NCBI GenBank assembly: GCA_002269645.1
Contig: NIVC01002731.1
Span: forward strand, 81,523-145,522
Origin: Macrostomum lignano
Taxonomy: Eukaryota
DNA: 64,000 nucleotides
Direction: 5' to 3'
Shown one piece after another: positions 63,690 to 64,000 of the stretch. The translations under genes and the position numbers were made by a program. The notes under the pieces are model-generated. The model was not told where the DNA came from. It was given only the letters and a program-made list of their open reading frames with translations, and searched no databases. Numbering within the stretch: the stretch's first letter is position 1; each line of letters begins with the position of its first letter.

Positions 63690-64000
63690 ACCAAAAAAGG
63701 ATTAAGGAGAAGATTTTTCGAGGGGATTAGTGAGGAGACTATCGAAGGGAATTGTGAGGAGGTTATCGAAGGGAATCAGTGAGACGGGAGATTATCGAAG
63801 AGGGATTAGTAAGGCAGGATATTATCGAAGGGAATCAGTGAGACAGGAGATTATCCAAAGGGGATTGGTGAGGAGATTATCGCAGGGGATTAGTGAGGGA
63901 TTATCGCAGGGGATTAGTGAGGAGGTTATCGAAGGGAATCAGTGAGACAGGAGACTATCAAAGGATTATTGAGACAGGAGATTACAAAGGGGATTGGTGA
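63690..64000. repeat. Degenerate minisatellite (GGAGATTATCGAAGGGAATCAGTGAG-like)
   Basis: Read directly; the array runs off the window. Confidence 0.8.

Overview
Eukaryotic (metazoan) genomic DNA, not prokaryotic. It has GT-AG spliced genes and introns filled with private mini- and microsatellites. This style suggests the flatworm Macrostomum, which is an inference only. Left part: two collagen genes lie head-to-head. Collagen A is on the minus strand and runs off the window. Collagen B is a complete fibrillar collagen (12099-22405) with a 1014-aa helix and a COLFI domain. The spacer between them holds a 41-43 bp satellite carrying a 5'-inverted RTE-type LINE and a spliced THAP/P-superfamily transposon. 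Middle and right parts: a C17orf98/SPMAP1 homologue, MAT2B, a class IV sirtuin, a C-type lectin+PAN gene cluster (2 full copies, 3 fragments), a 139-aa orphan beta-sandwich gene, decayed RTE, Tc1 and Gypsy relics, MITEs, SINEs, CRYZ, tRNA-Glu(CTC) and PSTK. The most striking unexplained signal is a near-palindromic 12-mer, CGATAC(A/G)TATCG. It occurs 8 times in unrelated flanks; 7 copies lie within about 50 nt of exon edges of the housekeeping genes and none was seen in the collagens. Several genes carry single-base frameshifts that look like long-read consensus errors. All exon coordinates were derived by eye.
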